The translations under genes and the position numbers were made by a program. This document shows positions 1 through 12,838 of a stretch of DNA of 64,000 nucleotides, piece after piece; position 1 is the first letter of the stretch, and each line of letters starts with the position of its first letter. This stretch comes from Plasmodiophora brassicae. Its lineage: Eukaryota. The DNA is taken from the NCBI GenBank assembly GCA_036867785.1, contig CP145424.1, positions 620,001-684,000 on the forward strand. Direction: 5' to 3'. A model generated the notes under the pieces. That model saw only the letters and a program-made list of their open reading frames with translations, was not told the origin of the DNA and made no database searches.

Positions 1-583
1 CGAACGCCTCGCCGTCATCTGCAACGAGATGCAGGTGGAGATTCTTCAAGGGTGCTGAACGGGTTCACACACACTGTGCGTTCTCCTGCAGGCGGCTGAT
101 CGTTCGCTAGGTCCGACAAGTGCGATCAACAGCGCCTCCTCCACTACCTTGCGCAGGTCAAGCAAGTGAAAGACGTTCTACTTGGGACCCTTCCTTCCGA
201 CGCCATCCTGTCCAGAGCGTCCTCCCAGGAAGGCACGCAGCACCCGCTCGCCTAAATACAATGTTTCATTCAGCAACGTGCATCGGCGATCAGCTACTCG
301 GGGCAGTCCGGTTGATGGGTGGTGTGCGTCGCCTACAGACGATTGCTGCTGCCTGTCTCCCGTTTGATCCGCGTGGGGGCCAGATCCCTGACGCACGAGG
401 CACGCGCTATGACAGGAAACCGTTGCGGTGACTCACACTTGAACGGAACGATCGGAACGCGATAATGGATTCGGCGAACGATCCCCGGCCGTGTGACTCA
501 ACGGGATCCCGTCCATGAGTCACCAGCGGTTCCGACGATTCGTCCCCTTTCGGGGGCATAGTCTGAACACTCGTGGAACGTCC

Positions 584-1326
584 ATGTCGACGAATGAGAC
601 GGCAGCGCCTGATAACGCTGCCCTAGATGCTGCCGCCCCTACGACGGATGGCAAGGCCGTCATCGTGTGCCCGCACCCGTCGTGCGACGAAACCTTCAAC
701 AAGCAGAGCCGCCTGACGTCGCACCTGCGGAAGCACACGGGCGAGAAGCCGTTCGAGTGCGACGTCTGCGGCAAGGCGTTCAGCCAGAAGGGCAACCTGA
801 AGACGCACATGGTCTGCCACACGGGCGAGAAACGCTTCGAGTGCGACGTCTGCCGGAAGCGGTTCGCACGCAAGTGCACGCTGGAGAGCCACGTCCTGAC
901 GCACACGCAGGAGCGCCCGTTCACCTGCAACGTCTGCTTGAAAACGTTCCGGCACTCGTCCAACCTCATTGCACAGTGCGTCGCATGCATCGCTGCCTTG
1001 CGTCGGCCTCGTCTGACCTACCTCCGTTTAGTAAGAGAACGCACACGGGCGACCGCCCGTTCGAGTGCACCGTCTGTCGGAAGGCGTTCGCGAAGAAGGA
1101 CACGCTGACGGTGCACATGCGGGTACATACGGGCGAACGCCCGCTGCAGTGCAAGATGTGCGACAAGTCGTTCGCGGCGCCGTCGTCGCTGGCCGTCCAC
1201 GAGGCCAGCCACACGGGCGTGAAATCGCACCACTGCGCCGTCTGCGGCAAGGCGTTCTACCAGAAGTCGAAACTCCAGCGGCACGTCAACGCGGCACATC
1301 CGGACCACGACGACGCCAACGAATGA
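584..1326 (+). CDS. C2H2 zinc-finger protein (about 7 fingers), one intron 976-1031
   Basis: Repeated CxxC...HxxxH fingers with HTGEKPF linkers in ORFs 515..1108 and 667..1326. A GT...AG intron (gtgcg...tttag) joins SNLIAH to [10 protein letters not shown]. Confidence 0.9.
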
Positions 1327-1488
1327 CGGCGGCCGCCCGTCTCTCCTTGTATAAAGTATGCGCCCCCTATAGCCCAGGGAGATCAATGCGGCGACTCGTT
1401 GTATTTGAGGGGGATGGGTTTTGTATGGGACGTCTGGGCGGGATCTGCGGTCGGTACGCGAATACTGTATAGCAGGGCCGAATACAAT

Positions 1489-2181
1489 TTACAAGATGGT
1501 GCACATCTTCTTCCGCTGCGTGGTCGGCGGCGCCGTCTTCTTCTCCATCTTCCGGATCTCGCGCACGACCTGGAAGAAGCACTCCTCGTTGTTGATCTTC
1601 TCCTTCGCGCTCGTCTCGAAGAACGGGCACCCCCACTGCGCCGCTAGTTCCTCGCCTTCGCTCGTCTGCACTTCCCTGTCGTTGACCAGGTCGCATTTGT
1701 TCCCGCACAGCACGATCGGGACCTTCTCCTGGTCCTTCGAACGCAGGATCTTATCGTACAGGCCGGATACTTCATCGAACGTGTTCCTGGACAGTGCGCG
1801 CGTCAGACCGGTTCGAGCGCGCCGCCAATAGGCGGGATCGTACCTAGCGGTGATGTTGTACACGAGGAGGAACCCCTTGCCATCGCGCATCCACTGATCC
1901 TGCATGGAGGAGAACTCCTCCTGGCCGGCCGTGTCGAGGATGTCGAGCAGGGCGGTCTCGTCGTCGACCATGACCTGCTTCCGGTAGCTGTCCTCGATGG
2001 TCGGGTCGTACTCATCCAGGAAATTGTCAGTGACGAGGCGGATCGTCAGTGCGGATTTGCCGACGCCGCCGCCGCCCAACACGACCTGAACGCACCACCG
2101 TCAATGACCCAGTCGGGCGCGTACGAACGGCCGCGCCGCCGCACGTACGATTCGGTACTCGAGGTTCTGTGCGTCGCCCAT
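1489..2181 (-). CDS. RAS: Ras-family small GTPase (spliced)
   Basis: GGGGVGKS P-loop, YDPTIEDSY effector loop, DTAGQE, NKCD, ETSAK and C-terminal CaaX (CTIL). First exon MGDAQNLEYRIV from ATG at 2181. Confidence 0.95.
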
Positions 2182-2430
2182 GGTCGGCCCCGCGGTCTGT
2201 GCGCGCCCAAACGCCGTCGTACCGTCGTCGTCGACGCGACACGCTGTTTGACGGGGCCTGGCTATAAACGGCCCTACGAGGACACACTCCCAATCCAGCA
2301 ATCGGATCTATCTATTTCGAGCACGATCCAGGCGACACGACCCCACCGCGGGACGGGGCCGCGCGGCCTCCCCCGCCCGCCCTCCAGCGGCCGCGCCCCT
2401 CGACCTAAATATACGACGCGCCCGGGCGAC

Positions 2431-2531
2431 AGTCGCGAGCTGCAGCTGTCTGCCTGCAGCTGTCGGACAGACTGACCAGTCGCGAGCTGCAGCTGTCTGC
2501 CTGCAGCTGTCGGACAGACTGACCAGTCGCG
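2431..2531. repeat. 47-bp direct tandem duplication (2 copies plus partial)
   Basis: agtcgcgagctgcagctgtctgcctgcagctgtcggacagactgacc at 2431 and 2478, then agtcgcg. Confidence 0.9.
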
Positions 2532-2592
2532 TGCGCGCGCACGTCGCAGCTGCTCCCGTTAACCGCATCTTCGTGTGTGTGTGTGTGTACCG

Positions 2593-5500
2593 TTATCGCT
2601 GGACGATGACGGGGTGGTTGTGGTGGTCGTCGTCGCGGTCGTTGACGATGGAGATGGTGCGGTCGCCGCAGCCGACGGCGAGGAGCAGGGCGCGCGGGTG
2701 GAACGCGACGCAGTTGACCGGGCCGATGCGCTGCCCGAGGAACCCGTCCTGGTACCGCAGCGAGTTCATGGGCGTCCCCGACAGGGTCCCGATCTGATGG
2801 CAGGCCCCGTTATCAGCACACGCCAGGTGGGCATGCGCGGGTAACGCGTCGACCTACGTTGACGAACTGTTTCACGGAGCCGGCAGCATAGAGCGGCGCG
2901 ACGTCGCTGATGGCGAACGTGTTCAGCGGCTCCGACTTTGACCCGGAATGGTGCGCCTGCGACGGGTTCCTCATTCGGCGCACGAATCGGTCGCCGGGGG
3001 CGATGGCTCACCTGGAAGATCGACACCGGTTCCGTTGGCTTCCGAAGGTCGCTGACGCGTACGTCGCCTCGCACGGAAGCGGAGACAAGCATTGGCGCAA
3101 TCGTGTGCTGTTGTGCCCGTACCGATACAACCCAACCGTCATGCGTGCACAGTTCCTGGGCCTTCGCACAGTCAGAAGAACGCGCGATAGAGCAGGGCAG
3201 GGGGCAGGTCTGAAACGTACCGGCGATGACGGCGCGCGCAGGTCGCACATTCTGACCCGGTTGTCTGAGCCGCCAGTGAACACCAGGTCGTTGTCCGCGC
3301 AAACGCTCGTGATGGCCAATGTCTTCGTGTCCGATACAACCATGTCGGCAGTCAGGAACTCCCGGCTCGTGTCCCAAACCTGCACGGCTATCTCTAAGCA
3401 CGTGTTTCGCAAGCAGCAGGGCGTACCGGTACCTTGATGACGTTGGAATTCCCGGCACAAAGTAGCCGCATCTGCTGCTGTTGCCAGTCGAGAACCAGCC
3501 CGGGGATCGCGCCGCGCTTCATGCCTGGGACCGCAGTCCAGGCGCTTATGATGGCGACCTTGCCAGCAGCGTCGTGGCAGTTTCTCCACACGCGTACGAC
3601 GCCGTCGTCGCTTCCAACAGCGACCAGAGACACGTGCTTCGGATTAAGCCACTGCAGAGATGTGATGGCGGATCCTCGCGTGTTGCCGTTTGTAATCGTG
3701 TTGAGGAGTTGCGACGTCTCGTAGTTGAACACGGCTAGCCTGGTCGGATCGGCACTGACGACCAAGGGCTCATACGGGTGCATGATCAGCTTCGTGGTTT
3801 GCTCGAAAGGCGACGTCAACAGAGCCAACTAGCTTCGGTTAGTGAGCTAGAACTGGCGAGCCAATGCAAAGTCCCCACCTCCCCGGACAACCGTCGTTCA
3901 GCTATATCTTCGTAATTCCGGTGCAGTGCCTCCTGGTCGGTTTGATTCGCCTTCTGATACCGCGCCTCTTGAATCATGATCTGCTGGTCGGCATCCGGCG
4001 GCTGTTCTTGTCTCTCGATCCATCGCTCATCGTCGAACGACGGCCCCAGGCCGCCTTCCGATCCCCGAGAGAACAGGTCACAGGTAAAGTCGTAAAACGT
4101 AGACCTGTGCTCGATAGTCGTGCTTGCAGGCTCGTGCATATGCAGGAACGACGAATCAGACTTGATGCGGGGAATGGAGGCGCCTTGCTCGGAAGCGTCA
4201 TGTGCAGCCGACGCGTTAATGGCCTAACATCATATCATACGCAATCCGTTTACAGCGTTAAAGATGAACGACAAACTGACTTGCCCCGATGCTGAACGAA
4301 CAAGGCGGTACGGGCACAACAGTTTGTGCAACGTAAGAGCGATTTGGGCGACTCGCGGCAATGGATCCCGGCACAGCATCAGGACGATTTTCCATATGAA
4401 CACGCGACTCTCTGGCACAACAATGAGAGGAGCTTGAAATATGAAAATGGGGCAACAATATACCGTTGAGAACGTTTGACGAAACGTTCTCATCAGGAAA
4501 CGGCCGAGTCATATCTGCATATGGAATCATGGCGGCAATATCAGCAAACGCCTCCTGGAAACGTGGTCAGAGGTGCCCAGCAGAGTGAACCCAGATGTGA
4601 CGGACCCGCTGGCCGCCGATTAGTGCCTGAATGGTGTGCACGAGCTCCGCACGAACCAGGCCAGACCCGTCAGTCGCCAACGTGCAGAGTCGCCGGACAA
4701 TGCCAAGGTGCAACAGAGCCGTCTAGACCCACGAATCAACAGCAAGACGGCGACCGTCTAACGACTACGAACCTTATTGCCTTCGGCTGGTGCTCGGGTC
4801 GACGCGTTGGTTTCGGTGGATGCGACGATGAAGGTGCCCAAGGCATAGGCGGCGGCTGCACGAACTTGGGGAACACCATCTTGCTGGGCAATTGATACAA
4901 CGTAATCGACCACGTTGAGTGGAGAATGTGGGGTAACCAGCTGTCGAAGGGCAGCCTCGCGTGCAGGTTCATAACGCTCCCAAAGCTTAGCACAGCACAC
5001 CAGGACAAGAACCCTTGTCAGGGGAGTGGTGTCCGTCATACATCCGGCAAGGGCGCCGAGCCCGCCAGCAGTTAGGATTGCGTGTTGGCCCTGGCTAAAC
5101 CTGTCGCAGATTCCCGAGACGACAAACAGGGACATCAGCCGCTGCAGGAAAACAGGAGACGACGTCGGGGAAATATGTTTCAAGAAGTACAAATGATACT
5201 GATCCTTGACCAGTTCCCTCTGACAGGACTATGGAAACGCGTTTAGGTATTCGCATGATAGATAGGTCGCCTCGTGCCAAACCTGATCAAAAGCGATGAT
5301 CTTGGTCCAGATGAAGATCAGAACGTGTCGAAGCTCTGTAGTTGGGCTCTGCAGCAGCTTCAAGACGTACGGGAATATACCAACGGACAGCGCCTATTAT
5401 TCGCTTACAATGAATACAATTTGGGTCATCCCAAGTTACAGCTGCACAATACCAAATTGACTGCCCAAGGCCCGAGATCGATAAACGTGGCGAGCAGTTG

Positions 5501-7098
5501 CAGTGCCCTCAACCTGTGCGCCTGGCTCAACAGTACCTGTAGGCAATGGTGTGAGACACCGTAACAGATCGTGCAATGTGCAATCCCATGGGACCTGTAG
5601 GACAACGGGAAGCTCCATCGGTCGCTTTGACTCGCTGCCAAACTCGAGCCACACTTCGAAAGCCGTTAACTGCTCTGTAAAGAAGGAGCTAGGCTAAACT
5701 GCAATGAGACCCTCGAACTTCAATCTGGACCTCGCCACTTACTTGGAATGTGACGTTATCCGGGTCTGCAACGTACTTTTCAAGCTGGGCGAGAGCGGCT
5801 TCCGCTGCGAAATCCCATGCATTCCACATCGGATGCAAACATGTTGACGGCAGGGGTGGAAGTGAGACGGGCGTACATCGAAGAGAGCGCATTATGCGTT
5901 CGGCCAACAAGTAGTTTCGAAATAGGCTTGCGACCAGCAGGTCCTGCCGAAACATACGTTGGAATAACGCGCACGGTAGCGTGTTCCATGCTATCGCTGC
6001 ATCGACACTCCATTACTATTCAACAGCAAGGCATGATGCCCCTGATCATCTTACTGTCAGTGACTGCGGTGAATATCCAGTTCAGTTCGCCGCAGGGACT
6101 CTTGCGATCGTTCGGTTTCCCGGGCAGCATGTCAATGTCATCAGGCGTGATGTTCCGCAAGAACGTGCCCGATCTCGTGACAAACCAGCGGAGCGCCATT
6201 CGGATTGGTGTTGTCAAACAGGACGTGAAGACGTCGGCCACACCAAGGCCCGAACCCATGGGGAGAACATCGTTGGCAGAGCCTGCTTGCGTTCGTAAGG
6301 GACAGGTTATAGAAGGTAACAATAGATCAACAGACAGGCCGCGAGAAGAATGATATCGGTAGACGACGGGCCTGATTCATCCCGTTGTTGTGCAGCGATC
6401 TGAGCGAACGCAGACGCTATTATCCCGGCAGCGGAGCAGTCGAAAACGTAGATGGATGGCGAGGAGAGCCACGAATGGAGGTCGAAGATGGACAGCGGTA
6501 TGTACTGCGTATAGTTCTAAACGGCATCATCAGGCAGTCTTCAGAAGTAGCGCAGGCGCGTTGTACCTTGTTGAAGACCCAGATTTCGCCGTTGGTCGTC
6601 GGCCGTGGTACCCCGTGGCCATTATAGTGGAACAGGATTCGCTCATGTTTCGACGAGCGCCTCAACGAGATGCACAGCTTGCGGACGTCCTCCACGGTCT
6701 GGTCTAGACTCTGCACGTACCGTGCACGAGGCTGCCACCGCTCATACTGGTTCTGCAGCCGGTTCCCGATCGTGCTCAGCGCTTTCTGCGCTGGTAACGT
6801 CAACGGATCCACCCAGCATTCCAAGCGGGCGCACGGCTGCGCCCGAATGACATCGGGCGGATCCACGCCAATGTTCAGGCACATCACAAGAGCAACGCTG
6901 ACGGTTCGCATCTGTTGCGAGCGGATCAGGCGGAGACCCACACGTCGCCGAGCAACGTCGTACCCGTCCTCGCATGCGCCATTCCGTGCGATTCGGCGCC
7001 CGCCGGTCGACAATGCCAGCGGCGTACAGATGGCCACGATCGGCGAACACCTCGACCTCCTCGGCGTCATCATCGCGCGCGCCGGCGCCGCCGTCCAT
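2593..7098 (-). CDS. RPTOR: Raptor/KOG1, TORC1 subunit (multi-exon)
   Basis: RNC domain ([69 protein letters not shown]), HEAT repeats ([12 protein letters not shown]), WD40 C-terminus ending [19 protein letters not shown]. Confidence 0.95.
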
Positions 7099-7392
7099 AT
7101 CGGACCCCCAGCGCAGCGCCCGCCCTTCTCCGTGATCGCACTCTGACCCGCCATAACCAGAACACCGCCGCTGACCGCAAACGCACGACGAGCTGCATCG
7201 ACGCCCAATGAACCTACAGCAGCCGTGTAGCACGCGTACCTACGCCCCGCGCTTCCTGCTACTGTACTGGAGTACAAAACAGTAACCCCCCATGTAGCGA
7301 GGGCGACGACGAGGGGTCCGTGCCAGTTTTGCGAATGACGAACTCTGAGGCATCACACACACACACACACTGTGGAACGTGTACAACACGTT

Positions 7393-8983
7393 TCATACGG
7401 ATAAACGATCGTATTCCGAGGCGAGACCCGAAAGGCCAGGCTCGATGCCGGTGACGGGCGTCTGGCCAATGCGGGGGTCGAGGCCCCGGAAGGTCCGCTG
7501 GGCAGGGAGGGTGATCGGGCGCGACCCTTGTGGCACGGACAGGTCCTGGCAGGTGTTCCCGTTGCAGCACGATTCGTCGGATATGAGCTTGCCGGTTATC
7601 AGGGAAAATCGCGGGCCCTGGTCACCGCTGGCGACATTGTCGACGCTCTCGTATTGGAAGATGGAGCTAAAGTCGGTTGTGTACGGCGCGTCTAACGGCC
7701 TCTTCCTGCAAGGGACCGAATTAGTGGACGCCCGCCGAATGAAAAACGCTCGATATAGACGAACGGATTCAGTGCAATGTCGGCCTCGACAGCAGTTACA
7801 ACGTCCCGGTAGTAGTCGGTGCTGTCGATGATCGAGGACAGCGGGCATGCAACATGCACGAAGATATCGATATCCGGGAAGTTCGCCAGTTTAGGTACAT
7901 TAGGCTTGCCAACGGCGAACGTGTACGAGCGACGGCCGCTATCCTTGATAATGCACTTGAGATGCCTCAGCACGTCAAGGTAGCCACCTGCGACGTTGTA
8001 GAAGTGTCATAATAAACAACTATCCACAAGGACCAAACGAGCACGACTCCACATACCAACTGACAGAGTCCCGACGACAATCCCAATTGTTCTCGCGTCC
8101 TTCGCCTTATCGATTAAATAACGTCTACGCCTCAGAAGCGCCTTGCGTCGCGTTGGGCTCATCTCGGAGAGGGTCACAGTCTCAGGGTCATACGACAACA
8201 TCTACGATAAGGTCAGATCCAGACCAGCCACTGGTACAAACGAGAACACACAGCGGCATCGTTGAACTGGAGAGCGAAACACGATCTCATGGCGTCGTCT
8301 TTGCCGACATGTATGAAGGCATCAGGGTCGCCATCGAAATCGAACCCTGCGCATCGCCGGCGACCAGAAGCCACCCGAGCAACAGGGTAGGGCAATTCAG
8401 ATGACGATAAGTTCGCCATATAATCCATGTCAGCAATGATCAGGACGTTCTTGTACGCTCGAGTGGTGCTGCAAGTCTCGATACACCGCACGAAGGCTTC
8501 AACATCCAGGCAACGCTTGCCAAACACGTGGAGGACTGGAAGAGCTGCGTTCTGGAGACGAGACAGGCATGCGTGTGCACCAAAGTGAACAACGCCGTCT
8601 GCGCTGGCGTGTGCGGCAGCGATTTCGTCAACGCAACAGGGAGCGAACGACGAATCCGCAAGAGTGAACACCTGGCACTCGTGGTCAGGAATCGACGACA
8701 GCACCGATGACACACGAGAAGCCGCCCAGAGAAGACTATCCGGGAACTGCAACGCAACTCGCCTGCATCCATTCTGAGACAAAGGTCAGCTGTTGAATTA
8801 TCGCAGATGAATGCGCATACGAACATCGCGAATGAACTGCGATACCGCATCAAGTTCGAAGAACGCGCGGAACTCGTTTGGGTCGCTTGGCCCCGCCCGA
8901 CTAACGCCAATTCGTTGCTCGATGACGTCGCAACCGTCCCTGGATAAGGGCACCGGGCCCTGCACGGGTGCAGCTCCAGTCAT
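7393..8983 (-). CDS. DPH2: Diphthamide biosynthesis protein 2 (multi-exon)
   Basis: RVALQFPD, LADSSFAPCCVDEIAAAH, IGIVVGTL, GKPNVPKLANFPDIDIFVHVACP and C-terminal RTFRGL...GLSGLASEY. Confidence 0.9.
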
Positions 8984-9268
8984 GACTGCACACCGCCCAC
9001 GGAGTTTTCCGCTACGGACTGCGCCCGTGAACATGCGTCGTGATCTCGTATTGGACTTACGCGAGTACCTACCAAGGTAGCATCGGTGTCACTTTGGCCA
9101 CGATGACCGCGGTTTCAAAGAGAGCCGTGGAGGATCCTGTGTAATATCCGCCATGTTCTGGCAATATTTGTTCGCTTTAGGAGATGTCCGGGTCTTCAAG
9201 TTCAACGGAGGGGCTACCCCAGGCGATCGGCCGAATCGGTCCCGGTTAGGTTCCTATCGGACGTTTCA

Positions 9269-9715
9269 ATGGGTACCTCATGGTCGCTGCCTAAGTTGCC
9301 TGCAGTGCCGTCAGACATTGCCGATGCAATCACATGCCCGATCTGCTACGAAGTGATGATGCCGGATAAGATCGAGTCCTGCCGTCACGGGCACCGGTTC
9401 TGCTCGAGATGCATCCGGCGTTGGTTAAGGAACCATACGACGTGTCCGATGGATCGCCGGCCGCTGAACCCGAAAGATCTTGCGCCGAACGAGCATTATC
9501 GGGACCTTATCGCATTCGTTCGTGTTCGATGTGCGCCCAATGGTACATCGCCGTGCACTTGGACCGGAACACTGAGTGAACTCTCGGCACACGCGAAGCA
9601 CCGTACGTACGCGCCTTCACAATGCCCGAACGGGTGCCCGGTGCCTTCCCTCAAGTGGCAACTGGACACATCTGGAAAGATGTCCGCTTCGCCCAAACCT
9701 GCTGCTTCAGCCTGA
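9269..9715 (+). CDS. RING-finger protein with TRAF/SINA-like zinc finger (3' end uncertain)
   Basis: CPIC...CRHGHRFC..C...CPMDR (C3HC4 RING) followed by VRC...CTWTGTLSELSAH...CPNGC. Confidence 0.75.
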   Translation: MGTSWSLPKLPAVPSDIADAITCPICYEVMMPDKIESCRHGHRFCSRCIRRWLRNHTTCPMDRRPLNPKDLAPNEHYRDLIAFVRVRCAPNGTSPCTWTGTLSELSAHAKHRTYAPSQCPNGCPVPSLKWQLDTSGKMSASPKPAASA

Positions 9716-9882
9716 CATTGAAGTGGACGGCTGGCAAGGCGGTCATCAAAGTTTCGCGCCCATCGTCGGCGAGTTGACTCTCGTTCTGGACAGCATAATG
9801 TTCTTGGAGTAGACAAGTACGTGGAACGCAGCAAACAGAATCACGTCGCCCATAGCAATTGCCGATATGCTCGTACAGTATA

Positions 9883-10503
9883 TTATACGACTAGCCGATA
9901 CGTGACATAGCGGCCTGCCGTTTCACTCGGGCGGATGATTTTGACGACCTCGCCAGGCACCAGACCGTAATATCGCGCGATCGGGTCGCTGGTCTGGATA
10001 CGGGGCAGCTGTGTCTCCTTGAGCTTGTACTTGGCAAGCAGCGTTTTCTTCTCCTCAGGCATCAACAAGATGTGCTTCGGTACGAGGACGTGCTGCGTGA
10101 TGTTCACCAGGAGTTCACTCTCGTGGAACTGCTCCATTCGCAGACGCGGTGCAAGGTTAACCAAAACCTGCTTCGCGAACGGCGTAATGCCGGCCTCGAC
10201 GATGACAATCGCACGGAAGATCTTCTCCTGCTCCATGGTCTCAGCGTATCCTCGAATGGTCTTCACGCCGACCTTCGCCTCATCGGCAAAGAACACGAAA
10301 ATCTGGTCGGTCGGGTCATCCCGTTTCTGACACAGCATGGTAAGCTTGTTGCGCTCAGGCGTATCGCTGAAACGCGACTTGAACTGATCCAAGGTCATCT
10401 GCGTGTCATCAGTCCCGACCAGATAGTTCCTGTCGGACAGCATCTGTGCGACGGTCCGACGCACGCGCCATAGGCGAGACACCGTCTCCGAGACGCCTTC
10501 CAT
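9883..10503 (-). CDS. RPB5: RNA polymerase I/II/III shared subunit RPB5
   Basis: Intact ORF with ELLVNITQHVLVPKH, QLPRIQTSDPIARYYGL and IIRPSETAGRYVTYRLV. Confidence 0.97.
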   Translation of the reverse strand: MEGVSETVSRLWRVRRTVAQMLSDRNYLVGTDDTQMTLDQFKSRFSDTPERNKLTMLCQKRDDPTDQIFVFFADEAKVGVKTIRGYAETMEQEKIFRAIVIVEAGITPFAKQVLVNLAPRLRMEQFHESELLVNITQHVLVPKHILLMPEEKKTLLAKYKLKETQLPRIQTSDPIARYYGLVPGEVVKIIRPSETAGRYVTYRLVV

Positions 10504-11016
10504 CGTCGAGCCGAGTACCGGTAGTCTGATCAACGAAACCCCGAGACGGACTCCGTGGCGCAGTCTGAAAAGTCCGAACTTGGAACCCGCTGTCCCAGCT
10601 AAACGTCAGCTTAAGCATTGCTGCCGGCCGATCATCGTACATCCACCGCGACAGCGGCCCGTGCTGTGATGACCTGTCACCCGAACGCGATACTTGGAAT
10701 GCAGGGCTGGCACAAGGACGCCGGCAGCGCTCTGCATTCGGCATCGCGTTCGTTCGCCCTCAACCTTGTCTCACGCTGCCCTGCAGTCCACGACGTCCCT
10801 CTTGGTCCAGTGCTGACTCTTCCATGCTTTCCGCGTTCCTGGCACGTATTGCTCCAGGAAATTGCGGGGTCAGATATCGCGTCCGGACGCCGTCCCTGAA
10901 GCGTCGCTCCTGGCCACGAGAATTGCTGCAGGAGAAAAGTCCGTTGAATTTCATGAACGCAGGGAAGTCCAACGGGGTGCCACTGGGGATTCGAAGCTTC
11001 GGACAGTGAGGCCGGT

Positions 11017-11640
11017 ATGGGGGCCGATCCAGCGGTAACCGGTTCGCCGATCGATCACTGGACAGCATCGACCGGCGAGTTTCTCGACGGCAAACCTCGC
11101 GCTGATGACACGACGGCGTCGACCTCGTTCCTCGGCGACATTTGCGACGGGATCGCGGATGACGACGTCGCCTGGGACTCGTTCGACGACTTACGCCCTG
11201 TCTCGTCGTTCTCCTCAGTGTCGTCATTGTCCATCATGGACGATGCACAGGACGACGTCTTCCGGGCGTACGACATGCTCAACGCCGATTTCCAGCCGAA
11301 TCAGTTCAACTGCAGCCTGGCACCCAGCAGCGGGTTCGTCGCCAACGACCACCGGCATGCTTTCTTCCAGGAGGCGTCGACAACCAGCAACATGTTCGCT
11401 ATGTTGCCCGCGAAGCGCAGTGTGGGCTACGATCACCGCGTCTCTGCGCCTGTGAGGAAGAACCGGGCACCAACGAACTCGCGGTACAACACAAAGGTAG
11501 CCTGCGTCCGCTGCTCGCAGCACAAGCTCGGCTGCGATCAGCAGCGTCCCTGTCAGCGATGTGTCGCAACGAACAACGGCGATTCCTGTGTCGACAGACC
11601 GCACGCGAAACGTCGTCGACGCTCGGCCCAACAGGCGTGA
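11017..11640 (+). CDS. Zn(II)2Cys6 binuclear-cluster transcription factor-like protein
   Basis: ACVRCSQHKLGCDQQRPCQRCVATNNGDSC = CX2CX6CX5CX2CX8C, followed by basic KRRRR; acidic N-terminal region. Confidence 0.8.
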   Translation: MGADPAVTGSPIDHWTASTGEFLDGKPRADDTTASTSFLGDICDGIADDDVAWDSFDDLRPVSSFSSVSSLSIMDDAQDDVFRAYDMLNADFQPNQFNCSLAPSSGFVANDHRHAFFQEASTTSNMFAMLPAKRSVGYDHRVSAPVRKNRAPTNSRYNTKVACVRCSQHKLGCDQQRPCQRCVATNNGDSCVDRPHAKRRRRSAQQA

Positions 11641-11714
11641 CGTTGCACTGCCCGTTCGCGTATTGGAGCAATCGTTATACACTGAGCCTGTTTACTGGGC
11701 AAATCGATTATGGG

Positions 11715-12838
11715 TTAGGCGAACGCGGCAGTGAAGGCCTTAGTGAATCCCAGGGTACCCGCATTCCCGTACGTGTTGCAAAGCGGCGAAGCAGGACCCG
11801 GAGGACAGTCGTTATCGCGGTCGAACGACCAGAAGTGGATGCCACCAAGGCCGTTCAGCTTAGCGAACGTCGCCAAATTCTTTGCGTCTTCCAGCGTGAA
11901 CATCTGATTCGGCGAATCGTTCCCACCGATCATGGGCGTGATCTCGATCTGCGAGTACGGGATCCCGTTCGTGTCGTGCAGGTTGCGAGCGGCCTGGATC
12001 GCGGACAGACCCATCTCACAGCGTCCATCGATGCCAAGGACGCAGTTGCCTGGAGCGGCGTCGCCGTAGTTCATCGTCATCAGATTGACGAAGAACTTGG
12101 TCAGCGCGAACTTCTCCAGGGAACCCATCAGCATGTTACCGATCGTGCCCAGCGTCCCGCCCGACACGACGGTACCACCCAGAGTTGGCACTGTGAAACT
12201 GAACCGCATCGTCGGGTACGTCCTCTGCGCCGCCTTCATGACCTGCACCATATGGTCGATATCGCCCTGCGTCGCCGTGCCTTCGATATCAAGGTCGATT
12301 CCTGTAACACAGGTCAGCGAGGTCATACGAGCATCATGGACGACGACGTACCGATCAGGCTTGGCGTCTTGTACCGGTTGATGAAGGCCAGGAAGTCAGT
12401 CGCATTCGCGCAACGGAACGCGCCAGCGGCGCCGCCCGTAGAGATTATGTACTTGATGCCTGCGCGTGCCCAGGCGGCGATGTTGGCGTTGATCATGTCG
12501 GATGCTTTGATGGCGGCCCAGGTCTCCGATGCGCATGTCCCAGTGGCGAACGCCCACGTGACGGTGTCGACCCCGGTGACCTTCAGCGCGTCCAGCATGG
12601 GCATATACGTTCCCGTGACGTTTGTGCCTATGACGTTCGACGTCCAGTTGAACCACAGGGTCACGTCCTTGTACGGGCTGAACACGAACGACGGGACCGG
12701 CGTCGGGACCGGATACGTCTTCGGCACATGATGTCCGTGAAGCAAGTTCTGGATCAAGCTGAGCGGCGAGCAGGAACCTTTGCCGCCTTCGGCCAGCGCG
12801 AGCAGCGAGACGATAACCACGATCGCGAGACGCGCCAT
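11715..12838 (-). CDS. Secreted GH18 chitinase (PF-ChiA-like/bacterial type), one intron ~12303-12352
   Basis: Signal peptide MARLAIVVIVSLLALAEG, FSPYKDVT, IISTGGAAG, catalytic GIDLDIEG (DxDxE) after splicing, VNLMTMNYG, IHFWSFDRD. Confidence 0.85.

Noticed and set aside
1-110. 3' end of a + strand gene (ERLAVICNEMQVEILQG, intron, RLIVR*)
   Set aside because: Plausible but too short to identify or support.
7354-7370. (CA)n microsatellite, also (GT)n near 2573-2588
   Set aside because: Short, ordinary microsatellites.
11559-12731. 390-aa + strand ORF
   Set aside because: Antisense shadow of the GC-rich chitinase gene; the same applies to most overlapping ORFs in the track.
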